A stretch of DNA of 63,664 bases, counting the filler, from Octopus bimaculoides (Eukaryota): assembly GCF_001194135.2 (NCBI RefSeq). It is 6 parts of 6 records of this genome, joined end to end, with 100 filler letters (N's around TTAATTAATTAA, not from the genome) between each part and the next. Parts side by side here need not be neighbours in the genome. Positions count along the whole stretch, not along the records: positions 26,419 to 50,523 come from NC_068992.1; 5 more parts are not named here. One strand, 5' to 3'. The notes beneath the pieces were generated by a model that worked only from the letters and a program-made list of their open reading frames with translations, made no database searches and had not been told where the DNA came from. Positions 34,406 to 48,131 of the stretch are shown one piece after another; within the stretch, counting starts at the first letter, position 1; the number at the start of each line of letters is the position of its first letter. A program made the position numbers and the translations under genes.

Positions 34406-37084
34406 TTTGTTTCGAAAATCTTAGCAACTACTGAGGGTTCATTTATTTTTACAATCCTGCTTCTTTCTGAGGAAAAAGGACTGCGCCCACGGATTTTCTT
34501 CGGCCCTCTGACAATGTTATAGTTATTTCGAGTGACTGCAACAGGTTGCACCCAACTGAACCCATCTGCGGAACAGCGAATGCTTTTATGTTGGGTAACA
34601 CATTAAATCGCCCACCCAATTTCTCAGGTGTCTAAAAATATACTACATTTACTAAACATTTATTAATGAAATGAAGCATAAGTTGAAAGGTATGGTTAGT
34701 TAAACTAATTGGAACTATTTTTGGAACAGCCAACAGGTAAGTTCTTTGTCACACAGCTCGTTAATTCTCATTGTAATCAAAGTGTTTGTCTACGGCATTT
34801 CATCAATGAATACTTTTAATTAGATCTATCGATCTGTACCTTGGTTCTCATTTCATGCCTCATAAATTACTATTTTCTCATCGATCTATATTTAGTAACA
34901 TTTATTTAGTCATCTTTTCTTCATAAATATTTCTACTAATGCTTCCACTAAACAATTATGGCAAATGGCAATAATATGGGAATTGTAATCTAGATGTTTT
35001 TCTAGTGCTCGTGTCAGAAAACAATGTTAGCCTGTTTCAATATATGTCTCACATGCTTCCTGGCTGTCTGATGAAAAACATGAACATTTACGGCCAGTCA
35101 AACAGAGATGGCATGGCGTTCAGAGTTTTTCTTTTTTTTTTCGATTTTTCTGTTGCATTTTTTAACAACGGTTTTCGATCAATATTGAACACATAGTGTG
35201 TGTGTGTGTGTGCGCGTGAGCGCGTGTGTTTTGATAAGAGCTGTCGTAAAACATCCAGCGGAAGGCGTTTTTTCCCACCAATTAAACAGCGGCCGTATTT
35301 CTAAATCACCAATTAATTATAACAATTTCATCGTCGACAATCAGGAACTTTTTAATCAACAAATTTCTTACAGTATAGGTGTACATACTGTATGTACGAA
35401 GAGTCTGTAAATAAAGAGAAATTTTTGATATATTGATATTTCCTACATCTAAAACATTAAGGGTTAATTTAATTATTCGGCTGTTATCTCTAGCAAATCT
35501 AGGTAACATTAATTTTGATACAAAACCAGTCGATTTTAGGAAAGATGTCTACGCTTAGTTCCATTCCAATCCTGGACAGGTACTTTATCTTATCTGCTCT
35601 TTGTCTTATTCAGTAGCTCATTCACATAAAATAAAAAGTTGTTCTACGTTTAATTTCTTTCACTCCAAAACAATACGTGTTGTGTAGGCCCTCCATTAAA
35701 AAACTCATTCTGTGTAGATAAAAAGTTAATTAGAACTGTAACTACGGAGCTAGATCTATGTGGTTTCTGATTTAGGTGCAAGGTCAGTAGTTTGGAGCAC
35801 GGCGGGATAAAAGATAAAGTTGACTTCGTCGGTATTTGAACTAAAAATTTAAAAATTCGAAAAAAAAGATTTCTATTTATAGTATGAAATATGTAACAAT
35901 CAATGTTTCTGCATTCGTACTGTGTGAAAATGTATCAAGCATATTTTCTGCTTTAGATAAGATACAAATAAAGAAGAGTTAACGCTTTCTTAATGTTGTA
36001 AAGTTTATCCTTACTTCTTATGGACATATCCTGGATCTGCAACACCTAATAGAATCGTATGAGCAGTGTTGGGACACACGACCTCACTTGAGAATTCTTT
36101 AAAGATTCGGTGAACCACAATATCCTCCCGGCCTAATCACAGCCAATTTTTTCTAGAAAGAGAGAAATATCTGACATAAAGGTATAGAAGAATCAACCCC
36201 AGTTACACACTTGGTATTTTATTTATCGATCCCGAAAGGACGAAAAACATACCTGACCTCAAAAATAGTAAAGCTGATCTCAGAACGTAGATAATCGAAA
36301 CGACTGCTGCTAGGCCATTAATCTGACGTTCTACCATCTCGGCTAGTTTCCTGCCTATAAGGTGCATATTAGGGAAAGTGTTATCCCAATTGTGTGTCCA
36401 GATGTTGTGGGTAAACTATCTTCTGTTCAAAATGGCTCTCTTCCATTGGCTTACTCAATTGAATTTAGTTTGTGTTTCTCTTGTCAAAAGAAATCCTTAA
36501 TAAACAGATACATGCTAACATTTAAGATTTCTTCACAGCACAACCATATTGATTCCACCGTTAACGTATTATTTTCTGTATGCATACTACTCCAGCTTCC
36601 CTGCATTGTGTCAGATAATATTTATTTCCGTATACACTAACACAAACATCACAATTAATTAAACACAAGAATTGTGTTGAATGTCGACGAATTTCTTATC
36701 AAAATTCAGTCTTGGCGTCTCCGTATCTGATATTCCAATATTTTCGATAATTTATCGAGTCTAGCAAATTTAACTGCCATACCTAACTAAACCTCAGCTT
36801 ATATTCGATGATTAAATCTTCATCAAATACAGTGAATTAGACATTTCTCCTCAAAGCTTACCCAATATACATTCACTGTTATTTTCTATATTTTTAATGC
36901 CGTAAGTTGAAACCACATGTTTTCCGTGAAGAAACCGATGCAATACAAATGTGAGTGCACAATCATTTAAAGTATACAATATGTTGTCATATGAAATGAC
37001 GGTAGTCTTTTGTACTCGGAGAAAGACGGTCCTGCAATTTCTTACTCACCAACCAGCACAAATGATGTGTCTATAGAGATTAAA

Positions 37085-37290
37085 TAATACGCGCTGTACA
37101 TGAGCTCCGTCAAGTCGACGTCACCTGAATGCATTCACGGTGTACCACACGTCGGCTGTCGTGGTGATCGCAGAGCAGCGTTAGATGAAATGTCTTACAC
37201 AAACACACAACACACCGCCCAGTCCAGGAACAGTTCATGATCACTCGATCGTGAGTGCAACACACTAACCACTAAGCTACGCCTCCTTAG
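37085..37290 (-). mobile_element. tRNA-derived SINE (family D-related)
   Basis: Minus strand ggcgtagcttagtggttagtgtgttgcactcacgatcg...gtgtgtttgtgtaagacatt. Confidence 0.7.
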
Positions 37291-37689
37291 GTGATATAAG
37301 ATATACTCATATAACAGTACGCAGTTTACTTTCAAATAAAGGTACACAAAACAGCGGATTTTCATATTAAGATCTTATCCCAAAGAAGCTCACGTTGTTA
37401 TCCGGAACGCAAGACCACTCGCGAAACATTGAAAGCCTGCTCCAAACTTCGTTAATCTAAAGACCATTAGAGATAATATTGTTCATTTCTGAGCTTTGAA
37501 ATTATACTTTGCTATCTCAAGAAAAGGGGATTAGATAATCAATTCTTAGATACGCCATGTGCAATAGATAGACACGATGTCATGAATGTAACGCCATTAT
37601 TTGTGTTTTTTTTTTACAAACATGTAACATGGTTGACATTAAAACGAAGTTAAACACCATGGACGTCAATTAACTATCGTTATGTCCCT

Positions 37690-37905
37690 TAAAGCGGTGA
37701 GCAGGCAGACTCGTTAACGCCCCGATCAAAATGCTTCACAGCACTTTGTCCGTCTTCACGTTGAGTCCAAATTCCACCGTGATCGACTTTGCTTTTCATC
37801 TTACCGAGGACGATAAAATAGTTACCAGCTCGGCACAGGACACGATGAAATCGACTTTCGCCCAACCCCGAAATGGTTGACCTTGTGCCAAAATTTGAAA
37901 CCAAT
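37690..37905 (-). mobile_element. SINE family B; other dispersed copies at about 23020-23110(-), 24370-24480(+), 35760-35850(-), 36180-36355(-), 40045-40195(-) and 40485-40690(+)
   Basis: Shared gtcgactttgc.tttcatcc.ttcggggtcgataaa..aagtaccag motif or its reverse complement. Confidence 0.8.
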
Positions 37906-39356
37906 TACCATTCTCTCTCTCTTTCTCTCTCTATTTTTCTTTCTTTCTCCTCTTCCATAGATAGATAGATACAATCCAAATCCCACGAAAGTTGAGTTGC
38001 ATGCAACCGAATTAAATCATTTTTATATACATACATGCACATGTATATATTTCTCTTTTCTTTCTTTTTACATGGCTCGGTCAGTTGACTGCAGCCGTGC
38101 TGGGGTATCGCCTTGAAGGTTTTTTGAAATACTTGTAGGAAAAAAGAAGATTCTTTGCTTGAGTGAACACTTGTGCTTACACAGACAAGAATCTTTCATG
38201 CAACTTCCACAAGCGAGAGGCAACCGGAATTAAATTATACGATGATTTACGTTAAACAGANNNNNNNNNNNNNNNNNNNNNNNNNNNNNNNNNNNNNNNN
38301 NNNNNNNNNNNNNNNNNNNNNNNNNNNNNNNNNNNNNNNNNNNNNNNNNNNNNNNNNNNNNNNNNNNNNNNNNNNNNNNNNNNNNNNNNNNNNNNNNNNN
38401 NNNNNNNNNNNNNNNNNNNNNNNNNNNNNNNNNNNNNNNNNNNNNNNNNNNNNNNNNNNNNNNNNNATATATATATATATATACCATTAGATAAATGACA
38501 AAAAATTTCCCTTGTCATTTATATAATCTCTTATTATGATCTGTACCCAACAAATGCTTTATGCTAAAGCATTTTACTTTGAGTTCTAACACCAGGTTAT
38601 TGGTATTGCTATGCTTAAGCGAATTATTAATATGCTCGTGCGCACACGCGCGTGTGTGTATACAGAAAAGGGGGTAGAGAGAGAGCTACAGTATGTATGC
38701 TGTATTTGTGTATGTGTGTGTGGCGGAGAATATCCCGTTAATATACAAAACTCACGTCTATTTCTCCGGGGGTAATTTTGTATTCCCTAACTGTAAAATT
38801 TCCCTCAATATAACACGCTACAAGTGATATTCTACAGCAGATAGATAGATAGATAGAAATTTGAGATAAATATGAGAACTTTTGCATTTGTACCTATTGC
38901 TACGCACTCACAATTCCTTACATTTGTTCTTTATAAATTCTATAGTAACAGGGATCTCTGCTACATTGCGCCGGCTTATAGCCGTAAATCAAACGTCGAA
39001 ACAGTTTTGTGTCCCGTCACTGTAATACATGCCTATTTTAGCTAAACTGGTTTATTCAAGAATCGCTGGTTCTGTATTATTGTTTCCTTGACTCAGGCAT
39101 TTTTATAGCCTTAATTAATTTTTAATTAGTTATTAAGCCGTCTGAAGGCAAAAATACTTCGTTTACATTAATTAAATGTGCTATGTAAGATGCATGTGTC
39201 TGGAAAATACACAGACACAGCACAAACGCACACAGCCGGACTAACACACTCACATATATATATATGAATGCACATAGGTAAATATAGACAGATATAGATT
39301 GATGCTATAATAGGTGTGTCTGTATGAGTCAGCGTGTGTGTATCTGAGTATGTGTG

Positions 39357-39393
<37 letters not shown>

Positions 39394-39402
39394 ATGTGTA
39401 TG

Positions 39403-39433
<31 letters not shown>

Positions 39434-39629
39434 TATAAGGATATATGTATATGAATATAGATGACTGTATGTATGTATATGTANNNNNNNNNNNNNNNNN
39501 NNNNNNNNNNNNNNNNNNNNNNNNNNNNNNNNNNNNNNNNNNNNNNNNNNNNNNNNNNNNNNNNNNNNNNNNNNNNNNNNNNNNTATATATATTGGTATG
39601 TGTGTATAAGCATATATATATTTACATAC

Positions 39630-39662
<33 letters not shown>

Positions 39663-40826
39663 AACGGACATATGTATATGAATATATATATGTATGTATG
39701 TATTCATATAGTTTTTGTATGAGTGTAAATAAATGTGTGTTTATATGTGTTTGTGTGCATGTTTATATATTTGCATCAGCTGCGACTGGTTTTGTAGACT
39801 TAATTAAAACGCAATTTTGCTATGATAGAAAATTATATGTAACTTAATATATTGACGAGATAATAATTAATTACAAGATTACGTCATTTTATCTAATGTC
39901 TCCTTATGTATCGACTTAACTTCCATACTCTTTATCGGTCCTCACACTCACTTAACATTGATATGTTCGTGTACACGGTTTTTATTGCGCTAAATATATA
40001 TCTGTTATTTCAACCGGTACACCATGACAGGGCAGACAGTTTTTCTATAGGCACAAGGCTTGAAATTTTGAGAAAGGGACTAGTCTATTACATCGATCTC
40101 TGTGTTCACCTGGTACGTATTTTATCGATTCCAAAATTATGAAAGGCAAAGTCGACGGTGGCGGAGTTTGCACTCAGAACGTGAAGACAGACGTGAGGGG
40201 CCAGACATACGATAAATGGTATTTTACTTGTTACATTTAGAATCACGTTTGTATAGGGGTGGGGAATCTTACATTCACATGGCTCACTATTCCCTTTCTT
40301 TATTTAAATAGTAGTTGTGTTTTTATTGAGGAAGATTTGGCTGCTATTTTTAACAGATCGAATTATCACCGAGCAGCACATGCTGGTTTACTATTTAAAA
40401 AGTAATTGTACAATTTGAGGAAGAATAGGCTACTACTTTTGGCATTCGCTACATTGGAATATTATTACTTCTTACACAGTGGTGAGTTGGCAGTATCTTT
40501 AGCATGCCGCGCAAAATGCTTAGCGGTATTTCGTCCACGCTTATGTTCTGAATTCAAATTCTGCCGAGGTCAACCTTACCTTTTATCCTTTCGCGGTCGA
40601 TAAATTAAGTACCAGTTGCGTACTGGGATGGATGGAATCGACCAGCCCTAACCCCCGAAATTGATATCGTCGTGCCAAAATTTGAGACCATTATCATTAT
40701 TTGTCATCTTTCTTACTTAAAGCCTAAGATTTGTGGAAAATTAGGCTGCTATTACTAATGGGTCAAGCGTACAGTGTGAAGCACTCGGTGGTTCGCTATA
40801 TCATTATTATTATTTCAAAAGTTGTA

Positions 40827-40965
40827 AATAGTTATCGCCAAGCTAACATGGCAGTACAGGTTCGTGTGTTACATAGCTAGTTAGAGGTGATGGCCTCTTG
40901 GAGCTAATCAACGGCAGCATTCGCCCTATTTTTCTGGACTGCCATGTTGACTTGGCGATAATTAT
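40827..40965. repeat. Short inverted repeat / MITE relic (stem about 33 bp)
   Basis: ttatcgccaagctaacatggcagtacag versus the reverse complement ttatcgccaagtcaacatggcagtccag. Confidence 0.8.
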
Positions 40966-42048
40966 TAGTATCCAGTACCGCTGCCGTAGTCTCCTTTAGA
41001 GAGACTTAGAAATATTAATATTTCTATATTTAAAAAATAATTGTCTGATTTAAGAAAGATTTGACTATTATCTCTAGCGCATCGACTGATCAAAAAGAAG
41101 TACTCTATGTTTCAGTATATCATTACTTGATATATCCTTTCCATTTTAAAAAAGGAATTGTGCGACTTGACAAGGATTTGGCTGCTGTTTCTAGTAAATT
41201 GAATTACCACAGAGCACTCTCACAGGTTCGGTATATTATTACGTATTGTGTCAATGTGGCATACGGTAGAATCGATTGAGCATCGGACAAAAATGCCTTG
41301 CTGTATTTAATCATGTGTAATTAGTTTCTGAATTTAAAAATATACCAGAATTAACATTAATATTCTTGTAATCGGGATATATGTATTATGTACCGTAACC
41401 ACACAAGCATTAAGTTCCATTGAAGTATGCCCTTCCTTTCCTTGAATCTATCAGCTTATTTCTTCCCTAGAATTGCTGTTATATTCACGATGCAAAGGGC
41501 AATTTATGATCGACTTGCAAATATCAGTCGGGATCACCAGTTTGTTCGCTGAAGTAATAAACAAGAGTGTCGATTCCCGTTAGTTTCATTATCTGTAGGT
41601 GTCTTTGCTTGAAGAGACAAAACAATGTCGAAACACCAGCTGTCCCACAGTCCCTTACGTTAATGAATCGAGTGTGTTATGAGCACACTTCCGTTGTAAA
41701 TGAAAAGGTTATTCCGTGACGCAACACAACAGCGATTAGCATATGCACGTTCTAATCTGCCTTAACTTATGAAGAATATACATCCATTTCATCGATCTTC
41801 TTCTATATTCCATTACAAATATATTTCAGGAGTATTTTAGTTATTTTGCATGTTTTCTTTACATTCTTTTCTTATTTTACTGAAATATCGGAGGCAATCA
41901 TTGATTCTAAAACCAAGTTTAGTTGTCCAGTTATTAATTAAGGCCAGGAATATCATACAAACTAACCCCTAATATTCATGAAAATCTACAATTCTGTCCC
42001 TGCTATATATCGCAAAAGAAACTGACTCAATATGTCTCCATCTATGAG

Positions 42049-42258
42049 GCGGCGAGCTGGCAGAAACGTTAGCACGCCGGGCGAAATGCTTAGCGGTATT
42101 TCGTGTGTCTTTACGTTCTGAGTTCAAATTCCGCCGAAGTCGACTTTGCTTTTCATCCTTTCGGAGTCAATAAATTAAGTACCAGTTGCATACTGGGTTC
42201 GATCTAATCGATTGGCCTCCTGCCCCAAAATTTCGGGCCTTGTGCCTAGAGTAGAAAA
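42049..42258 (+). mobile_element. Young, intact SINE family B
   Basis: ggcggcgagctggcagaaacgttagc (A-box-like)...gttctgagttcaaattccgccg (B-box-like)...gggccttgtgcctagagtagaaaa. Confidence 0.95.
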
Positions 42259-42699
42259 TAAATGTATATGTCTACATCTGCAGCTTTAACAAGTCATTGT
42301 ACGCATGCGCTGTGGTTGTATAGTAAAAAGGAAAAGACTTTTACCACTCTCTCATATACCAAGAAAATTCAACGAATTAATTTAATTAATTTACGGATTC
42401 TCTGACAGCTAAACTTCTTCAAAGTCATCTTTAGTATGTGGAACGTCACTGTTAGCACTGCAATAATTTAAGTAATAACAGGATATGTACCGAATATTCA
42501 AATCACTCTAATTTTGTCTGAAGCCTAGCAACTGTAGCTATAAATACATATTCATATTGACTCTAGAAAGGATTTAATCACGTTGGTTATTCATTACTAT
42601 CCACAGTGAGATTGTATGGTACACATAACAGAAAATTACGACTGCCCCACGTATCAGTCAATTTTAATTTATTAATTACAAATGAAGTGACAGTAGATA

Positions 42700-42742
<43 letters not shown>

Positions 42743-43884
42743 ATATATATACGGGTTTCCTAAAACCGGCCAGCGTAAATTGCATAACCCTAAAGGATGT
42801 GTTATGCAACAAATGCAGTAGGCTTATTTCGTTGGCATTGTGACTAGTCTATTTGTGATTTATGAAGGTTGTTGTCAAACTACGTCGAGCATATGAGTGA
42901 AGTGCAGAACTTATAAATTATGTTCAGACCATTAGGTTATAAGTCGCACTTTCCAGTGTTTGCATATATAGGTGTGAAAAGCGGGAAAGATGGAGACATT
43001 TGTCTGCGATACACTGCGATGTGCTACGGGTTTTATAGATGAGTAGTTATCTCCCTTGCCGGATATTGCCAACAGCACGTGGCAGATTCTGGGGGAAGAC
43101 ACTATGGTATCCTTCTATCTAAGGGATACCATTGATTGGACAGTAGTCTAGTCGGTCGTTATTTGATGACGCGAATCCGCTGCTACCTGCAAAGAAGACA
43201 TTCCTTAGTCCGTCTTGTAAATTGTAGCTGTAATTCAGAAGATACAGCCATGATACGACCTGACAATTATGTTTCGGGTACACACACGTCTTAATGAATT
43301 GGTCAACCAATTAATTCATTTGATCGAACAGTTGGATCCTCGTCGGCAAATGACAAAGATCCACCACCACCACCACCACCTAAACTTTGTTTGACATTCT
43401 ATTGTTATGTTTGATTTTCTTTTGTTGCGTAGTTGTAATTAGGACCAGGATCAGCTGTGAACTAGCAGAGGGACTTCGTGCTCGATGATATAAGAGCCAT
43501 AAACAAGGCATATACTGTAGAATATCTCCTTCTTTTGGATGTAATTTGAGGTCGGTCTGACTACTAAGTGTATCAGCTTCTATGAATACTTGGCAGTCCT
43601 CCCATCAATATAGATTTCCTTATTTGTGGTTTTGTGCCCCCAGTTTCACACTGTTGGAACGAACTCGTCACTAAAAAGGTAGAGCAGATTCATGGCTGAC
43701 GTTCTTGTCACATGTGGCCATTCTACATTTATGCATACTTTGCTCTATATTTCTCAATATCTTGCTTCTATGATAATATAGGGAATATGAGGGAAATTTG
43801 GCTGCCCTTTTGAACAGGTAACATCACCGCGTAAAGTTCCTGTCATTGGTTCGACTGTACCAATGCCGATTTTACAGCTGATTT

Positions 43885-44085
43885 TTGTTGTTTTTATCCG
43901 GCTGCTGCTCTTATTGTTGTTGTTGTTGTTGTTGTTCTTCTTCTTCTTCTTCTTCTTCTTCTTCTTCTTCTTCTCCTCCTCCTTCTTCGTCTTCTTCTTC
44001 TTTTTCTTCTTCTTCTTCTTCTTCTCCTCCTTCTTCTTCTTCTTCTTCTTCTTCTTCTTCTCCTACTACTACTACTACTACTACG

Positions 44086-44116
<31 letters not shown>
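43885..44116. repeat. Compound trinucleotide microsatellite (TTG)n(TTC/TCC)n(TAC)n
   Basis: Directly visible. It explains the poly-F/S/T/Y ORFs. Confidence 0.95.
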
Positions 44117-44118
<2 letters not shown>

Positions 44119-46503
44119 GGTTGTTTAGCTACAATTTAAATCTGATGGAGCAGAGCAGATGCATGTCCCAAAGACATTTGATCTTTTTCCCTACTGAAGA
44201 TTATATTTTCTACAAGCTCTGTTTCCCTTATAACGATATGGTGTCATCTCAAGCAGAATTAGCTGCTACTTCAAGTAGATCGATACCGTGTCGAGGCTTC
44301 CTTCCTATTGAAGAATTGATAATAGTCGAAAAGCAAATAAATTTTATCGTCCCAGAATAACCATTCATCGACACATTAATGAAGTTAGATGAAGTTACTG
44401 GCCAGCACAGTCGTCAACCAACTCACAAAACGAGAAAAAAAAAACAACTAAAAAAGAAAATTAATATACTCTCTGTAGCGATTCCTGTATTTTAATACCA
44501 TACAGGATAAAGAAATTATGCAATTAAAATTCATTAAAATACTTTGATCCGAAGCTGAACAATTGCACATTCCAATAAAAGGTCATCTGTTAATAATAAT
44601 GGGAAAGAAATCGCTACGATAACGTTGGAGATACTAAGACTGATGGCCTGGCGATGTTGGTTTTGCTGGGGACGTTGTCGATAGATGTTCGTTAGATTTA
44701 GAAACAGAAAATTAAACGTATTTCATCATGCCAGTATCAATTAATTTCAAGAGAACATCACTATGGGTCATTTAGGTGATAAATACATCTATAGTAATTA
44801 TTGATAATTATTGTTGAAACCAGTTATATCTGAATAATTTTGTTTCGATCGAACTTTAATTGTATTCCGTTACTGAATTATACTTGTTTAGTTAAACATA
44901 TACCTTTTTTTTTTATCTCTTACACACACCTACACAAATGCACAACACACAGACATCTATGGGCATTTATTCTTCAGTGAATTATTTAATTGCAAAATTT
45001 ACTTTGTTAATGGCAAATGTCAAATGTTAATTTTACCATAGATGATAATTAAAGCTGTAATTAACAATTAGCGGGACATTTGAGCAATTGTAACAGAGAA
45101 ATCGACAAAATCTTGTTTTATCGTAATGACTCTGCTGTTTAGAATTGCAGTGGTTTAGAGGATAGGGTTTCATTTGTATAGCAACCGGCAATTTATTGAT
45201 GCTGCTTTCATCTCCATGGCACTTCATATTGAACAACACAGGCGTCCATAATAGCTGTAAGTAATAACAATCTATAATTACCAAACACTCTATTAACTCT
45301 CGTGGAAGTAGGTTCGAGGTTTACATCGTTACCAACCCATGATAAAAGAGCTTAGTGCATTCTTTTTTATTGGAGTCCTGTTTTATTTTCTAAACTAGAT
45401 CAGGAAAATCAAAAATTAAGATTGAAGGATCCTGATGATAGTGTTCGAACCATTGCCATCCGATTTTGCCTATTCTTTCTTTAATCACTCGTGCCTGTGA
45501 CATTTTCAGCCTTTCTGAGAATGGAAAAAAACATTATCTTAGAACAGAAACCTCATCGAAATACTTGCAGCAGAGAGAACTCCGCTAAAGACATCAAACT
45601 ATCACGTGATCGTTTTGGATCTACTAAATGACTAACTCTATCCGCACACCCTAAAATAGACCTTCATACACTTTCCACCCACCAAATTAAAAGTCATGAA
45701 TCTTCATAAATCTTTGGTTGACACGAAGCTATAGCAGAAGACAGTTTGTAGTGTACCCCCAGTCCGATGGAATTAAACATGACGCCACGTAGTAGCGAAG
45801 CGAGGAGTTTTAACTTCATAGACATCCATTACTTATTATGATATTCCTCGTTAACTTCCTGATCAAATGAAATTCTTCGACATTTTTCTTTTTTGTTTTT
45901 ACTACAATTGAAGTCGTTTATACCTTCACACTAAATACCGACACGGTATGTTTGCTGTGAAATTAATTCGACATTCATTAATTTACAGACGAATATATTC
46001 TTCATTTGGAATAAATGATTATCACAGTTTATAAATAAATAAAGAAAGAAATCTGTCCATAAATATAAAAATAAACAATATACTTTTTAGGAATATATTT
46101 TTTCAATCTTTTAAAATTCCTATTCACACAATGTTACCGCATTGACTGAAAATAAGTTATGCTTTGTTTTGTAAACCTCAACGCTAAATAAACAGTCAAA
46201 ACATTTTATATGCTCAAAGAAATTATGATAAGTTTAAAGTCTATTCATTATTTTGCCATCGGGAACAATATCAGAGAAATCAATGTTCTTTTGTCGTGTA
46301 TGGCAGCTAAAATACGATGTTTAGTATGCCATGAATTTCTGTTTCAGCAAGATGGACACAGAAGCTATAAAACCAGTTGAAATGAAAAGAGGGATGATAT
46401 ATGAGAAGGAAAAAATATACATTTGTTCACAAAAAATGTTTTTCTTCTACTTATATTTAATAGTAATAGCAACATATATATATTATGTGTGTATATGCGT
46501 ATG

Positions 46504-46534
<31 letters not shown>

Positions 46535-46671
46535 NNNNNNNNNNNNNNNNNNNNNNNNNNNNNNNNNNNNNNNNNNNNNNNNNNNNNTATAGTGAGAATT
46601 TACAAAAAACAAAAGACCAAGACGGGTGTGTAAACAACAAACCGATGTATTAGTTTAACACTCGGGAAGTG

Positions 46672-46714
<43 letters not shown>

Positions 46715-46838
46715 AATATAGAGATATATAGAAAATTATATTTGCTTGTAAGCACGCATGCATTTGTATATACACATAGATACAGACAAACAGACAGTTA
46801 GATAGGTAGGTAGGTAGGTAGGTAGGTAGGTAGGTAGG

Positions 46839-46895
<57 letters not shown>

Positions 46896-47751
46896 CAGCA
46901 AATATAATGATTAAAGCGATGTATAAAAATCTGTATATAATAGTAAGAGTATTTTTTATCTTGTTATTTATTTATTTTTGTAAATGCGTATTTACATTAC
47001 AAAAGAGAGAAACTGCCGTTGTTATATTTACAAAACTCTTTTTAAAAAATAGACGCAAAACGGAAGCAGGGTGTAAATGCTAATTATATATTATCTAGAA
47101 TATTTAAGTGTTGATTGACGAAAACAATTTCTATTTAAGAAGCGAATGCTATATAAATAAGCACAAAGACTGCAGCTATTTTATGCTCTATTCAACCCTA
47201 ATTCGGTTTAAGATATTTAACGAGCCACATATATTTTTACTGCCGGAATAATTAATACTGATTTAGTAGTTTATCAATATTTTAAGTTTCGGTGGTATTT
47301 TATAATTTTGAAATAGAGAAGACGTTGAATTTCTAAAAGGATAGGATCGATATTTGCTTATAAAACTAACGATATAAATTGTTCGCCACTCATGACGTTG
47401 CTATATTGATCTTTGCTGACACTATACGGTCAAAGAGTGATTTACAATTTTGTTTAGCAACACTTAAAAACTATATATTATTAATTATTTCATTATACAG
47501 TAGTTGTGGAGAGGAAGGAGTAAAAAGGTCACAGGCGGAACAGTCGTACAAGGATTAGTAATAAAAAGAGGCGAATTGGGAGAATCGCGAGAGCATTGAA
47601 TAGAATTCAATGTTCTCGTCCCAGCTGTCCACCTTCTCTATTCAAATGCCATCGGGATCAGCTTTACGTTTCATTCTTTCCAATTAAACAAATTAACTAT
47701 CAGTCAAGTGGTGGAGTGAAGATAGACAATACTTAAGTCACCCTCTCTTTC

Positions 47752-47784
<33 letters not shown>

Positions 47785-48053
47785 ATCTATTTATCTGTCT
47801 ATCTTCCTCTATCACCTCTATCGCTTTCTCTATCTGTTTCTCCATCTCTCACTCTAATTATCATTTTGATGTATATATATATATATATAGATAGATAGAT
47901 ACATAGATATTTTTTGTGTATTATATATATACATATATGTGTATGCAAGTGTAAGTGTGTGTACAGTCTTTTCTTTGAGTTCTTTATTCCATGGTGCCAG
48001 ACATAATTTTCTGAGTTTGTCATACCATGTCAAATAAATGTATGCATATATAT

Positions 48054-48131
<78 letters not shown>

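Noticed and set aside
43863-44360. Poly-L/F/Y and poly-S/T ORFs
   Set aside because: Products of a trinucleotide microsatellite.
47588-47618. 14-bp hairpin (also an 11-bp hairpin at 38491-38522)
   Set aside because: Too short for a pre-miRNA. The first lies in a decayed SINE head, and such stems are expected in AT-rich DNA.
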